The position numbers and the translations under genes were made by a program. Of a stretch of 36,013 nucleotides of DNA, positions 34,287-36,013 are shown in pieces. Within the stretch, counting starts at the first letter, position 1; every line of letters starts with the position of its first letter. The DNA is from Psammoneis japonica (lineage: Eukaryota): NCBI GenBank assembly GCA_008632985.1, contig QPGO01000083.1, positions 62,001 through 98,013 of the forward strand. Reading direction: 5' to 3'. The notes beneath the pieces were generated by a model. That model did not search any database. It saw nothing but the letters and a program-made list of their open reading frames with translations, and was not told where the DNA came from.

Positions 34287-36013
34287 ATGAGTCAGCCACC
34301 GAATTCTTTTCAAGTGCCTCGTAAAAAGCCACGGAACGACCTGGACGCGCCGCCCGCTCAGCACAGGTTCCGGCAAGAGCAGCAGCAAGAAGACAACACC
34401 CGTTGCCATGGAAGCTACGGTGCAGGCCACAACCGCCACCATGGAAGCCATCGTCCTGGTGGTGGCAATCACCATCCGAGGGCGCATCATGGTGGACACC
34501 AGTGGCCAAGAGATGGCAACCGACCCACTCATCAGAACAGAGGTGGGCATGGACAGGGTCATGCTCAACACAACCAGAAGAAACACGGGCGGGAACAGCA
34601 GGCGCCCAACCGGCATGGAGGAAACAGAGGCACCCTTGGCTTGAACCAGGATCGACTGCCGGAAGAAGAATCATCACGGGCTGCGAATCGTGTGGACCCT
34701 GACATCACCAAACAAGACTTTGAACAGCTCGATTTCAAGGCCAAGATCGACCATCAACTCCATGAGGCACGAGTGGAAGGATGCCCCGAGGATGCCATTA
34801 CATTGCAGGACACCCAATCGCACTGGGAAAAGAAACAAAATGCATGCACGGCGGCCTGGGAGATGCTGTCTGCAGAGATTGAAGAACAGTTCAAGCCCCA
34901 TCCAGATGCTGTTGACAAAGATTATAGTTCAGATGAAGGTGAGATTATCAGCCCGAAAACCAGGCGTCAGGATCGGGTCAGGCAAGTGTTGAGGGCCCTG
35001 CCGTACAATCTAGTGTTTAACATGGGCTTCTGGGCAGATGCATCAACTGACTTGGTGAATCGGACATGGTGTCCTGTGTCCAATTGCATGACAATGTGGA
35101 AGCGGCATCACGGACTCCTCGACTGCAGTTGCAGCAGCAACTACAAGAGGGTGAGTGAACACGTGCACAATGTTGTTGCACTTTTCAGTAAACTCCAAAT
35201 GTGCGCTTTGTTGAATTTTGCTTGCAGGGCACTCCTGAAGCTCTTGTGCAGCATCTTAAAGACGTTAATTGCATTGTCCATCGCACAATTTTTGTGTATG
35301 TTAAGTCCTTGTACGGCAATCACCATGGAATGGGCATTGACCATCGAGCCCTCTACCCTTTGAACAGCCCAGAACATGCCAAAGCGGTCAGAATGGAGAA
35401 TGCGAAACAAGAACGGTGCGATGTTTCGTGTGACATTGTGCTGTTTCTTTTCTTTATGCAGTTGTCATTGACATCTTTTTGCTGTGGCACACATTTCAAC
35501 AGCATTAAAGAAGATTATGAACGCAAGCTGAAAGCTTTGCAGGAGCAAAACGAAAGATTTGAGAGGCTGCAGATGCTGCAGAAAGCAGATCCTGAACGAG
35601 GAGATCAGGTGAAGGAGCTTCAGGAGACCTTTAGTCGACTGAGCATTGATCTAGTCAAGGAAGAAGCAAAGGTTGATGACAAAGAATTGGAAAGGTGTCG
35701 GGACCAACTCGGATTTGCGATTGATTCAATCCAGCTTGGAAATGCGATTGAAATGGATGAAGACTACGACATGGCGAAAGACCCAAATGTGGAGATTGAA
35801 ATCCCTCAGCCATTCTCCCTGCAGCATGTGCTTGACAGCATGTATCACAATTACTGTGGGGCAGAAAAGAAAGACAAAAACGCGAAACATTTTCCTTTAT
35901 TCGCCAGCCTCACCAACAACGATTTTGCCAACGATGACATCGCCATGATGGTGGAACCATGGAAAATCAATGTTGCGGGTAAGTCTCGTGTCGAGGCAAG
36001 TGTTTAATCGTGC
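34287..36013 (+). CDS. Multi-exon protein of unknown function, 3'-truncated by the window; partly TpA-eroded and possibly pseudogenising
   Basis: ATG at 34287. In-phase introns 35151-35227 (GTGAGT...TTGCAG) and 35416-35502 (GTGCGA...CAACAG); third donor GTAAGT at 35979. Contains a His/Gly-rich N-terminus, a Cys/His cluster (WCP...C...CSC...H...CIVH) and a coiled coil. Confidence 0.65.

Overview
Eukaryotic genomic DNA, most likely from a diatom: it carries CoDi-type Copia elements, a diatom-type ISL2EU/PIF-Harbinger-like transposase, short GT-AG introns and an ASAFAP-like targeting peptide. Intact genes are a diatom-type two-domain protein (158-1999, -), an intronless S1 sulfatase (3087-4952), two paralogous secreted Beta_propel/COG4880 genes (14228-16868 with one intron; 30198-32666 without it) and a multi-exon unknown gene running off the right end. 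Between them lie decayed transposons: a 1.45-kb mini-LTR element (TSD AGATC), a two-ORF DDE transposon, and a Copia (TSD GGCTG) nested in the pol of a related Copia. The main signal is near-total, sharply bounded loss of the TpA dinucleotide in the TE blocks (~8.75-13.4 kb, ~17.4-29.95 kb; partial at 7.4-8.75 kb and 34.1-36 kb). TpA is converted to TpG/CpA, turning conserved Tyr into His/Cys and destroying a splice donor. This is the reverse of fungal RIP and cannot result from CpG deamination, so it points to a possibly undescribed TE-targeted A>G hypermutation system. All counts and alignments were done by eye; family assignments are from motif recognition, not database searches.
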